Shown here in pieces: positions 42,033 through 54,300 of a stretch of DNA of 64,000 bases. The stretch's first letter is position 1; every line of letters begins with the position of its first letter. Under the pieces are notes generated by a model. It did no database searches. It worked only from the letters and a program-made list of their open reading frames with translations, and had not been told where the DNA came from. Source of the stretch: Cyanophora paradoxa CCMP329 (Eukaryota > Plantae > Glaucophyta); NCBI GenBank assembly GCA_004431415.1, contig QPMI01000279.1:1-64000 (forward strand), written 5' to 3'. The position numbers were made by a program, and so were the translations under genes.

Positions 42033-43176
42033 TTCTGTTTTGCTGTGCTCCAGCCTCCTTCAGCCACCCCGCCGAACCAAGACCGTATCGCTCCTCACCA
42101 TCTCCCTTCTTCTTCGCTCTTTGTCGTTTTCAGTCCAGACCCATATGTTTTTCAGGAGAGAGGTAGTCGGAAAGTCTTCTTTTCAATCTGCGCGCCACTC
42201 GATCCAGATTTTCTTTCCTGCTCTCGGCTCCGTGTGCCGATTGTCGTGCTCTGCCGCGTACTGTTCCGATGTACCACTAAACCAATTTTCAATAGCTCAG
42301 GTCCCCTCGCTGCTCGTGCTTCACTGCCTCAGTCATTTTTGCGTCGGCGGTTTTGGGCCTCTCCATTTTTGCATGAGGGCGGCGTGGTGCCGGCGGTGGG
42401 GATTGGGCCATGGCTGGGGCCGGGTAGGCGCGTTCCATCCTGTTTTAAAGTTTAGTGGGGCCCTGTGCCTGCAGCTCGGCAATTTGCAATATCGATAGCA
42501 GCATGCATGCGCAAGGCTCGAGGATTCGAAGTCCCGATATATAGCTAGCCCGCCAGCTGGGGGTGCACATGCATAGTCCGACGGTCAAATTTAAACTTGG
42601 GAACTTCGCCGAGTCGGAAGAGCAAGTCAAATTTAAACTTGAAAGCTCCAAGCCTTGAAGCTTGATCATGAAGGCCGGCTCACTGAGTCACTCAGTCAGC
42701 GGCTCTCCCGGCCCGGCCTGGCCCCGGCCTGGCGCCGGCTCGGGGGCCTGCCGCAGTGCGAGCCTCGGAGGGCCCGTCATGTGCACACGGCGTCGGACCA
42801 TGCATGCACACTGGCACACTGTGTGACAGCTGCAGCTCATGATCATCGCATCGGCGGGTCACTGAGTCACGATCGATCATGCATGATCATGCAAATGACG
42901 CATGCAGCCTGGCAGCATGCGCAAGCCTGGCAGCCTGACACTAGCAGTGTCGCAATCACGGTGCTCTGCGGGGCGTAGGCTTGTAAAGCGTTAACTGTCA
43001 CTGTGCCGCTGGGTTGCTAGCTCACTGGCATGGGCCAGTCAAGATCTGCCAGGCTGCCAGCCTCAGGGCCTGGCAGTCAATGAGTGGGGTGTCGAGGGAC
43101 CCGCGCTACATTCGCTTAATAATAGAAATAATCGTTTTTAAACGGGGGCGGGCAGCGCGGGGGCCCCGCGCGGGTC

Positions 43177-44833
43177 CTAGTTGGAGGTGGCCCAGATGAT
43201 GTCGTCGAAGGCCGCGCCGTTGACGAGGGGGATCTTCTCCCGCATCCGGTCCTCCCCGAAGTCCGCCGGGCCTGTACCCCCCGTCGACGCCGGGTGGGAG
43301 GACGGGGGGGGGGGGGAAGGGGGGGGGAGGGAGGGAGGGATTGTGTGGGGGCGGTGCGCACAGTATTCGTTCGAGGGGGCGGCCCCCGGGCCGCTCGCGA
43401 TGACGCCCAGGCGCTGCGGGGGCGGGCCCCGGGGCAGATGTGAGGCGCGGGGCGGCCTCGAGGGGGCGGCGGGGCGCGGCCCCACCTGGAACGTCATCGC
43501 CACGAGCTCCGAGCAGAAGAGCGACGTCTCGTCCGCCTCGTTCCGCGTCGGCTGCGCGGCAAGCGAGCCCGGCCTCGTCGGGCGGGGCCGGGGTGCGCGG
43601 GCGCGGGCTCGGGATTCGCGAACGGTCGCACGTTCCAGAGGCACCTGCACGGGGCGTCAGGCAGTGAGCGGCACGCCGGGGCGGGACCGGCGCGGGGGCC
43701 CGGGGCGGGGGCGCGGGGCGCGGGGCGCGAACCAGTCGGCGTCGAAGCAGTCGATGGCGCTGTTCGCCATCTGCGCAGCGCTCACGCGGCGTGAGCCCCC
43801 CGCCTAAGCTCGCGCGAGGGAGGCAGAGGCGGCCTCGCCTGCAAGAAGTTCTTCTCGTACTCGCGATCCTTGACCTGGGGGCGCCCCCGAGGTGGCCCGG
43901 GGTGGGCGGGAGGCACGGGCGGGAGCGGCGTCAAGCCTTCAGCAGGGGCGGACCTCGTGCCAGAGCTGCTCCATCCTCATCAGGAACTCGGGCGTCCTCC
44001 GCACGTTCTGCGGGGCGGCGGGTTTCAGGCCCCTCGCCCCGTCCGCCGGCTGCGACGGCCGGCGGCGCGGAGGCCGCGGGGGCCGGCGGCGCGCCTTCAG
44101 CCTGCGGATGCCCATCGCGCGCGCCGCCTTCCCCGGGCGGAGGTAGCTCGAGATGCGCCAGGGCAGCGGGCTCAGGTTCATCCCTACGCGCCCCCGCCCC
44201 CAGTCGGCCCTCGCCAGGGGGCGCCGGCGGCAGGAAGGGGCGCGCGGGGCCACCGTTGAAGGGCGGGCGCGTGGGCGTGCCGAGGATCTGGCACGCCTCG
44301 AGGAGGTATACCGTCTCCGGATCGTTCCTCTCCTGCGTGATCCTGGTGAGCCTTGGAGCCGGGCGCCGGGCGCCGGCGGGCTGGCCCGGCCCAGGGCGCG
44401 CGCGCCTCGTGCCACTTGTCGCGGGAGACGTTGTACTTGCCGTCCCGGCGGTAGACGACGCCAACGTGCGTCCAGCGGCTCCCCTAGGGACGCGCTCGGG
44501 ATGCGCGACAGCTCGATCGGCCGCTCGAAGCGCGGGGCACCTGGACGAGGATCGAGTGCAGGCTCCCCGGCGTGCTGGCGAATGTCAGCAGGCGCAGATC
44601 GAGGGCTGGGCGGACGGCAAACTCGCCACATCATCACCAAATCGCCTGTCTGCCGTCGCGTACGGAAACAGGTACGTTAGCTTGTTGCATCAGCTGCATC
44701 AGCATCGGGCAGTTACCTCGAGGGTTTTCGATAGCTCGACAAGCTGCTCAGCGGAGACCTTGTTATGCGGCTTGCCGAGCCCAAAGAAGCCGGCCGAGGC
44801 GGGCTCTGCGTCCTTCGACGATTGCGCTCCCAT
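43177..44833 (-). CDS. Permuted papain-like NlpC/P60 amidase (YiiX/YebB-like) with N-myristoylation motif
   Basis: MGAQSSK start; LETGDLVM, SRWTHVGVV, VYLLEA, SLFCSELVA, PADF: His-before-Cys order of permuted NlpC/P60. Confidence 0.75.
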
Positions 44834-45144
44834 CTCCGGGCGGGCGACGGGGACGACTGGAGGCGGTTGGATTGGGGTTGGAAGCACGTGTAGCTCTCCG
44901 GAACGCGGCGTACAAGGGGATCGGGGCTCCGAGTCAGCCTTTTCTGTTTCTCACTCGGGGGGGGGGGGTAAGGCTTGAGTTCGCAGGGTACGCGTTCAGT
45001 CGGGGGCGCGAGTGACAGCCGTTCAAGGTCGGCGCCCGTCTTCCCCTCGCCCTCGGCGCGGCCTCAAGGCTCGCGCCCACTTTTCGGCGCTCTCTTCTGA
45101 CGTGGCGTTGCTTCCCTGCGGACCTCTTCGCCCTGTTTTTGCAG

Positions 45145-46052
45145 ATGGCGGACGCTGCCGCCCAGATGGTCAAGCTCAAGTCGCAGAGTGAGGAGATCTA
45201 CGAGGTCCGTGGATCTTCGCTCTCAGCCCGCCGCGGCGTTCCGGTTGCACCATTCGCATGACCTCTCCCACCGCAGGTGGAGAAGGAGGTTGCTTGCATG
45301 AGCACGACAATCAAGAACATGCTCGAGGGTGAGTTCTCGTGAGAACGTTCGCGCGGTTGGGTTGCCTCTCCCTAATCCGGTTCCCGCGCTCTTCCCAGAC
45401 ACTGGCTCGGACGCCCCCATTCCCCTTCCGAACGTTTCCTCTCCCATCCTGCAGAAGGTCGTCGAGTACTGCCGGTACCACACCACGGTCTGCAATTTTT
45501 CGGAACGGCTGAAGCATGAAGACCGGACCTGACCCGACACGTCGGGTGGCGCTCTTTCGATTTGCAGCTCGCGAAGAACCAGAGCGAGGATGACCAGAAA
45601 ACGTGGGACAAGGAGTTCATCAAGGTCGAGCAGGGGCCCCTCTTCGAGCTCATTCTGGTACGTATGAACGACTGCCGCATTGTGGCGCACGCTCGCGCAT
45701 GCGCGCGTTCTTATGCGCGTTTTATATGCCCAGGCGGCGAACTACCTCGACATCAAGCCCCTCCTGGACTTGGGCTGCATGACGGTCGCCGACATGATCC
45801 GCGGTGCGCCCGGCCACATAGTCACGCGTTAGAAATCTCGTCCAGTTTATGCATATGTTGCATCTTCGAGTCCCTGTCTCCGTTTTCCCAGCCTTGCCTG
45901 GATCATCGGCTTCCCCCCACTACACGCTTATCTCTCGAATCGCAGGCAAGACTCCCGAGGAGATTCGCCGCACGTTCAACATCAAGAACGACTTCACTCC
46001 GGAGGAGGAGGAGGAGATCCGCAAGGAGAACGCGTGGTGCGAGGAGCGTTAG
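45145..46052 (+). CDS. SKP1: S-phase kinase-associated protein 1 (SCF subunit)
   Basis: [69 protein letters not shown]. Confidence 0.97.
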
Positions 46053-46574
46053 CTTGCGACGGAGTCAATTGTTCGCGCCCATTGGGGGCGTGCGGAGCGG
46101 GCGCGAGCGTCGGCTGCGCCTAGAAATATCTTCAGCAGCTCGCGTGCAGTTCGTGCAGTGTGCGGCTGCTGCAATAGTGGAGGGTCTCGTGCGGGCCGGA
46201 CCCTCGTTTGAACTTTCCGCGTGTCGTGTATAGAGGAGTGTCTACTTTCTGTTAGGTCGAAAAACGAAAATTCCGAGCGCTGGCCTGCTGCCGGGTTGGG
46301 CTATAGCTAGCTGTTTCTTCTCTCACGAAATAGGCGGCTGCGTAAGCGCGCGGCATTTTTCACCATTTTTGCACATGTACACCTGACTCGACGAGCCCCC
46401 CCCGAAGTCCTCCAGGGGCCCCGAAGTCCTCCAGTGTCCCGAATCCCAGGAAACCATGCACTGCAGCTAGCTATATAGCCGGCGCGGGGGGCTCGGTTTG
46501 CGGCGGACCGTCGGAACATGTACAGAGAGGAGTCTATGTTACAGTACACGAGCGAACGAGGACGGCCGGGGAGG

Positions 46575-48552
46575 CTAGGCGAAGTAGTTGAGGGAGGCCT
46601 TCTTCTTGGCCTGGACCTGAGAGATGCCCTCCATAAAGTCCTCGTGCATGATCATCGTCGACTCCCTCCGGAGGGCGTTCATGCCGGCCTCCACGCAGAC
46701 GGCCTTCAGCTGCGCCCCGTTGAAGTCGTCCGAGCACCGCGCGAGCTCCTCGAAGTTGACGTCTGCCGCAGAGGCTTGCGGGGCGCGAGTGTAGCGAGGG
46801 CGGGGGCGCGGGGGAGGGACGGCGCACCGGGGCTGCAGTTCATCTTGCGGGAGTGGATCTGCATGATGCGGGCGCGGGCCTCCTCGGTGGGTAGCGGGAA
46901 CTCGATCTTCCTGTCCAGCCGCCCGGAGCGCAGGAGGGCCGGGTCCAGAATGTCGACGCGGTTCGTCGCCGCGATGACCTTGATCCGCATGTCCGACGAG
47001 AAGCCGTCCAGCTGGTTCAGCAGCTCGAGCATCGTCCGCTGCACCTCGCGGTCGCCTGCGCGGGGGACGTGACGACGAGCGATGAGGCGAGGCGCGAAGG
47101 CGCCGCACCGCTCAGCTCCGAGTCGAAGCGTTTCGTGCCGATGGCGTCCAGCTCGTCGATGAAGATGATGGCCGGCGACTGGGGAGAACGGTCAAGGCTT
47201 CGGGGCGACCAGGGCGAAAGGCGATGTGCGGGCCGGACCTTCTCCTTCGCGAGGGCGAACGCGTCGCGGACCAGCTTTGCTCCATCTCCAATAAACATCT
47301 GCACGCAGCGCCCGGTCGGCTGAAGGCTCAATTCCCGGGAAAAAGAACGCGCTGCTGACCTGTACAAGTTGGGGGCCGGCGAGCTTCAGATAGCAAGCGT
47401 TCGTCTGCGCTGCGCATGCCCTCGCGAGCAGCGTCTTTCCGACACCGGGCGGGCCGTACAACAAGACACCTGCGGCGGACAGGCCATCAGACGTGGGCTG
47501 AGGCGGAAAGCAAGTTAGGGCACCCACCCTTCGGGGGCTGAATGCCAATCTTATCGAACCGCTCTTTGTGCGTCATGGGCAGCACGACAGCCTCAATGAG
47601 CTCCTGGATCTGCTTGTCAAGCCCACCGACGTCGCTATACTCCTCTGTCGGCTTCTCGTCGACCTCCATCGCCTTCACGCGCGAGTCGTACCTGAGCAGG
47701 AGAAACGCGTCACTAGAGAGAATAAGAAAGTATAGCGTGAGGCTGAGCGCACTCCGCGGGCAGCGTGTCCAGGATGAGGTAGGAGTCCTTGTTCACGCCA
47801 ACCAGGTCGCCAGGCTTTAGCTTTGTCGCATCGACGAGGCCCACGACTGGAAGGAAGATGGTCTGCACGCGTGCGGCAACGTAGCGAGCGCAGCGTGAGG
47901 CTACAGCACCGGCGGCGGCGAAGGAACCAGAACAGGGGCACCTGTCTCGTGGAAGTCTTCAGCACGACGCACTTCCCCTTGCGTTGCGAGTCCAAATCAA
48001 CGTTAGCGCCATCCTCCTCGGCCTCATCTTCAGGATTGATGTCCAGGATCTGCGCAGGGCGGTCATACGCGGAGCGCACGAGCTGACAGCAGCGCAGGAT
48101 GTGGACCTCGACGACGTTGCCGACCAGGTACGGCAGCTGCTTGTTGAGCTTGATCTTGTCATTGTTCTCCTTGATCTTCTCCTTCATGGCCTTCTGCTCG
48201 TGCGTGAGCCTCAGGTTCTCGTTCTTGTACACCTTGATCTCATTCTCCAGCAGGCGCGTGCGAACAATGATGTCTTCTGCGCTTAGACTGCGCAAATGAC
48301 ATGCCGCTCAGCCGAAGAACCGAGCGCAATGGCGCGGCGGCCCAGTGCGCTTTCCTAGAGAGCGCTCCAAGCGCCTCCATTGGGGCGTACGCACCCCATA
48401 ATCTCCGCTCCCAATTCGTCATCGCCACCGAAGATCTGCAAGATGGACACAGCGTGGGTTGCGCGGAGGGCTGTCATCAGGATGAGGGAGCTCGATGACC
48501 GGTACTCGCGCACCTCGTTTGCAGACAACGAAGCGCCGCTGGGCTTGGCCAT
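46575..48552 (-). CDS. RPT5: 26S proteasome AAA-ATPase regulatory subunit 6A
   Basis: [96 protein letters not shown]. Confidence 0.97.
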
Positions 48553-48664
48553 GGCTAGCTGGGCGAGCGAAAAGATGCTGGTCTTGGGGTACGCGGTGAA
48601 ACTCGCTTCGAACGCCGTCTAGCTCTGCGGACACCGGAAGCTTTTAAGCTCACTTCCACGGTCG

Positions 48665-48688
48665 TCTCTCTCTCTCTCTCTCTCTCTC
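48665..48688. repeat. (CT)n microsatellite in the RPT5/phosphatase divergent promoter
   Basis: Directly visible. Confidence 0.85.
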
Positions 48689-48808
48689 TTGCTCCGTCGA
48701 CGTCTCTCTCCGTGACTTGGTAGCCGCTCATACCTCAGCAAGCACAGCCTGTGCATACGAACGCCCCGTGCCCCGCAGTCACGGGGTCGGCGGCCGGCGT
48801 AAAGAACG

Positions 48809-50259
48809 ATGTTGAGGAGAAACTGGCACACGGCGGCCGCGCTCATGCTGCTGCTGCTGGCGGCGCTGCAGGCCATTGCGAGCGCCGCCGCTGACGACGC
48901 GCAAGCTTCGCGCGGGGCCCGTGCCGCGCGGAGAATCATCGCAGTGGGGTGCGGCTTCCGCTCAGAATCGCTGCGGCCCTGCAACTAACTACACGAGCAG
49001 CGACTTGCACGCGGACCTAGAGCAGGCGCTGCGCGTTTTCAAGCTGGCCGGGGTCATAAACGAGGAGACCGACTGGGCGCTAGGGGCTGCAACGCTGGTG
49101 TTCACGGTCTGCTGATCCCCGCCGAGGCGCCCCTTGTGAGCCTCTCGTTATCGGTTTCTCAGGGAGACATCACGGACCGAGGGGCGGATCTGGAAGCCTT
49201 GCAGGACCTCATTGTCAAGCTAGAGGGGCAGGCGAAGGAGGCAGGCGGGGCCGTTGTGCAGGTCCGGATCCGCCACGTGGACTGATTCCGCCAGCTTGGC
49301 TGCCGCGCAGCTGAGGCGCCCCTCGCGCAGCTCGCTGGCAACCATGACGTGATGAACTTGCAAGGTGACTGGCGATACGTGAGCGCGCGCGACCTCGAGG
49401 CGTTCGGAGGGCACGAGAATCGCACGCTGGCCCTTCTTCCGGACGCTCCCCTGGGCAGCCGCCTTCGCTCCCTCAAGCTGCTGCACGTCATCGGCGACGT
49501 CGTCTTCGTGCACGGCGGTCTCCACCCCTCCCTTGCCTCCCTTGTTCGCCCCCGCCCGCCCCACCGCCCCCTCCCGGCCCGGCGCGCTCTGCACTAGACG
49601 CTGCCCGCCGACGCCGGTGGTCCGCAGGGCGTGGAGGAGCTAAACGCGCAGCACGCGGGTCTCGCTCCGCTCCTCGGCGTGGGGGATCTCACCCCCGAGC
49701 AGCGCCGCGACGCAAGCGTACGCCCCGGCTCAAGCCAAGCACGCACCCCGCCCCTCCATCCCTTCTGAGGGCTAGCAGGCGCTGTACTCGGACTCGGGGC
49801 CGGTGTGGTACAGGGGGCACATCCTTGACAGCGAGGAGGAGGCGTGCCCCGTCCTCCAGCAGAGCCTCGACGCCCTTCAGGCCAGCTCCCTAGGGGCTCC
49901 GGGCAGCGCGAGTGCGGGGCGTTCTGACCCCGCATTCAGGTGAGGCGGATGGTGGTGGGCCACACGCGGCAGCCGGGGCGAATACTCACCCGCTGCGGGG
50001 CGCGCGTTATCTGCATCGACGGTGCGCCGCGCGCCGGTGCCCGCTGGGTCTTTGGCCCGCATGCCGCCGAAGCAGGGGCCGCGCAGTCGGGATCAACAGC
50101 AAGTACGGGGGCAACCAGGGGGCGCTGGAGATCGAGCAGGACGCGGATGGGGTGACGCTCTCCGTTCGCGCCATCTACCCCGCCGGGCGCGAGGACCTTC
50201 CCGAGGCTGCGGCGGGTGCGCCCTGCGATGCCGCCAGCTGGGGGGAGCGGGAGCTGTGA
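48809..50259 (+). CDS. Shewanella-like (SLP/Shelph) PPP metallophosphatase with signal peptide
   Basis: GDLHAD, GDITDRG, GNHDVMN, VFVHGGL, GPVWYRG, MVVGHT, IDVG motifs; hydrophobic N-terminus; C-terminal EREL. Confidence 0.85.
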
Positions 50260-51351
50260 GCGGCGCTGGCCAACCTCCAGGCTCCCGCTCGCGAACCGCC
50301 CCAGGTACCTCGGCGGTGATCCTCTTGACAGCCCTCAAGGCTCTCGTCTCGCTGGCCATCGCCGCAAGTGTCGGCGTCGCCGTGTGGGCAATGAAATCAG
50401 CATCGATATCGTAGCTCAGGTTAGGCAGTCGATCGCCCTCATCAGATTCCTGAGTCAAAGAAATCGAATGCGAACAAGGTATATATTTGGTGGAATGTTC
50501 GTATACCGTGCAGCAGCAGCTGGCCTAGCTACAGAGCTATAACTTGGTGGCCTGCGGCCAAAAGGTCGGCGCTAGCCGTTCTTGCTTGAGCTTTGAGCTT
50601 GAGCTCGATCTTGAGGCTCGCGATGAAGTCTGATGGTTTGAGCATAGAGCTTGAGCTCAAGCCGCAAAGCCTGTGCTCAAGCGCAACGCGCTTGACGGCG
50701 AGCCAAGAGGCTTAATGTAGAGCTCGAGCTTGAGCTCGAGTTTGAGCTCCATGGCCAGCTCGACCGGCTTCCTGTTATTACCGAGTATCCCGTCACTCGC
50801 GATCGATGTCTGTGCATGCTGTGCATGCGCAACGAGTCGCTTCTCTCCTTGCGCGCGGGGGCGTCCTCGAGCACTCAGTGACTGAGCATGTCGGGCATCA
50901 ACTACATCTACGATTTAGATATTTGAACGCGTTTCGGAGCTCCCACCGTGCCCGTATCGCGCAGACGAGTCGCACACACATCGCGATCAGCAATTTTTTA
51001 GGCGAAGGCCTGTTTTTACGTGTAACTTAGTAATCGCGTCTTTCGACGGCCACGCTTTCGGATCTGAGAAAACGGTCTTGAGATATTGACCTCCTCTACT
51101 CTTTGAACGCGATTCCTGTTCGTCTGGTTCGTTCCTAGTCGAGTGCGCTCTTGCCAAAGAATTTGTATGAGAGCCATGAACTTAGAAGCAATTAACGGCT
51201 AGCGCCGAAAAAAGTGTCCAGGGGGGTACAGGGCTCGCAATCCGTACTGAAAAACGGCCGGCGGGCCACGCTAGCGCTGTCTAACGTGTGCATCATGATG
51301 CCAGCACTGGTTTGGGCTTTGTAGCAAGCAACAGATTCCAGAGCAACCGCG

Positions 51352-54300
51352 ATGTCGCTGGCCGCGGTGGTTGCTCTGAAGCTGCGGGCCGCGGCCGCTG
51401 CCCAGGCTGAGGAGCAGCGATCTTTAGAAGCACAGCTGATTCCCGCCGCCCTGCCGAACAGCACCGTTGGTTTCGAGGGCCCCGTGCCGACGGCGAAATC
51501 CGTCAGCGAAGCGAACGCTAGCGATGCAGGCAATGGTGCGAGTTCGTGCTTCGGGCCGGCCATCGTCGCGCCCGAAGCCGTGCCTGCAGAAGCCCCGGGA
51601 GGGCACGTCGAGGACGGAAGCACATGGACGAAATACTTGGTTGAGAACAGCATGCTCACTCTTTCGCATCGTTTCAAAGATTCGGAGACAGAAGAGCGTT
51701 ACCGCGAGTGGCACACCCAGGTTCGCGGCTCGCATGTGCAGTCGCGACTAGCCTGACCCGCCCGCCCCTGCGCTGCGCAGAGACATTTGTCTATTGTCCG
51801 GATAGCGACGATGTGGGGCATCCCGTTCCATTGCCTGCTGAACCTGGGTGCGTTGCCTTCTGCCGGCGGAACGGCCGTCGTTGCTCTAGCGTCCGCGGGC
51901 CAGCTTCGCGCTGCGCGACTTGCGCCATCCAGCTAACGCATGCTTACGTTCGCAGCGCTTATGTTCAAGTCTCCGGCGGAGGACCGAATCCTGATTCTCG
52001 TGTCGCAGTCCATCCCGCTGGCCATCACTCTGATACTGATCGTGATGCTCCTCTGGCTGAAGGACAAGCTTAAGTGGCATCGCTGGCAGCAGATAATCCT
52101 CGCACTCGTCCTGATGTCGTACGGCGCCGCCGGCCTCTTTCTTGCCGTCATAGTCGGCCCCGCGCGAGCCGGCGGCATGCGTATGTACTACGCCTCGACG
52201 TGCTGCATCGGTGCGGTCACCGTGCCGCGCGCCCTCGCCGCTCGCGCCGCCGCTCACGCGCGGCGGCGCAGGGGTCCTCTCGTCGAATGTGTTCCACCTG
52301 AGCGCGCGCCTCGTGCTCCTAGTTCTCGTCTCCCTGTGGGCGCCCCTCTGGATCTGGGGTGCGCGAAATCGTCGGGGGCGCTCTGCGCCGCGCGTGCTGA
52401 ACCGGGGACGCAGGCCCGCTCTACCCGTTCACGGTGACGCTGCACGAGTTCTTCAGCCAGGCGCTGCTGATGGTCTTCCTGGTCATCGTCGTCACCAGCG
52501 CGTGGGGCAGTGATCGCCGCCACCGCGCCGAGTACACCAACGTCCACACCATGCAGTCCAGGGTCCGCTCCGCCCCGCCCCGCCCCGCCCCGCCGCGCTG
52601 ACGCGGCGCAGTTGCGGACGGCGTCCCGGAAGAACCAAGAGCTGCACCGGCAGCTGGTCAGCCTGCAGCAGATGGAGCTCGCCGGGCGCCAGGCCGTCGA
52701 CGGCGTCGATTTCGACTCTCCGTGCGTCGGGGCCCCGCCGGGCGCGCGAACGGCGCCGCTGAGGCCGGCACAGGCTGGACAAGGCGATCGGGATGCTTGA
52801 TGACCTGCGGACGAATCTCGCGGCGCGCTTCGGGGCGCTCGCCGGTGCCCGCGCCGCCCGCGGCGACGGGGATAGCGGCGAGGAGGACGAGGACGCGACG
52901 CTGCTCGGGATGAGCGAGGTCGACGGTGCGCTGCGGCGCGCGGCGGGCGGCGCGTCTCCCCCGGGCCTCACTCGGCGGGCGGCAGCGGCGTACGTGTCGG
53001 TGATCGACCAGGTCATCACGATGCTGCTGGGGAGCAGCCAGATGCACGTGCCGGACCTCGCCCAGCAGGCACGCGTCGCCCCTCGCGCGCGCCCCGCCTG
53101 GGCGGCCGGCGAGCGGGCGCCGGCAGGTGCGGGACGGGACGCTGCAGCTGGACCGGGAGATGAGCCGCTGGCTCTTCTCGGAGATCGCCCCGGGGCAGCT
53201 CATCTCGGACCACGGTGAGGGCTTCGAGAACTACGAGGAGGAGCCGCAGGGGAGCGGCGGCGTCGAGGGCGACGAGAACCGCGGCCGCGCCCGCCCCGGC
53301 ATTCGCCGCCTCTCCGTCAGCGACGCCTTCGGCCGCACGCCCTCGCCCCAGAGCGGCTCGCACAGCCCCTCGGCCGGCGACCGGCACCTCCTCTCCGCGC
53401 CGGCGACGCCGCACGGCTCGGACGGCGGCTCCCGGGTAACCCTCTCCATGCCGGCCCTCAACGCCGCCGCGGCCGCCGCGGCGAGCCTGCAGCACACGAA
53501 CTCGGCCGGCGCCGCCATCGCTGGCGGGGCGCGCCCGCCGAACCTCGGGACGATCACGCGGCACCAGCGCGGCTCCTTCTCGCAGGGCAACCCGATGCCC
53601 GGAGCGCGCCAGATGCACCGGCCGCCGTCGCAGGGCCACCTCCCGACCGCGGCCGAGCTCGCAGCGCTGCACGCGGCGGCGGCGGCGGCGGCTGCGGCGC
53701 CGGCGCCGCGGGCGCTGCCGACGTACGACGAGGCGGCGCTGGCGAAGCACCTGGAGAAGCTGGGCGAGTGGGAGGCCTTCGACATCTTCGAGGTGGCGGA
53801 GCGCGCGAACGGCTGCATCCTCGCCGCCGTCCAGCTCTCCCTCTTCCGCCGCCACGGCCTCCTCCACGAGTTCCACCTCGACGAGAAGAAGGCCCGCCCG
53901 CCCGCCCGCCGCAGCGCCCCTCCCCGCTGCCTCTGACCGCACGGCAGCTCCTCTCTTGGTTCCTCACCATCGGCTCCGGCTACCGCGAGTCCAATCCTTA
54001 CCACAACCAGGCGCCCCGCGCCGCCCGCCCGCCCTCGCGCCGGCCGCTCACGCGCACCGCTAGATCCACGCCGCCGACGTCTCCCAGTCGTTCGAGGTCA
54101 TCCTCCAGCGCGGCCTCGCCAAGTGCGGCCCCGCCCGCCCCCTCCGCCTGCTCCGCCGCGGGCCGCTCTGAGGCGGCCGGGGCAGGCACCTGACGAAGCT
54201 GGACCTCCTCGCTGCCTTCATCGGCGTCGCCATCCACGGTCCGCCGGCCCGGTCGCCCCGCCGGCCCTCGCCCGCCCCGCTGACCCCTCCCTCGCAGACT

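Noticed and set aside
50560-50770. GAGCTT/GAGCTC-rich degenerate repeat
   Set aside because: Low-complexity intergenic sequence with no definable unit or ends.
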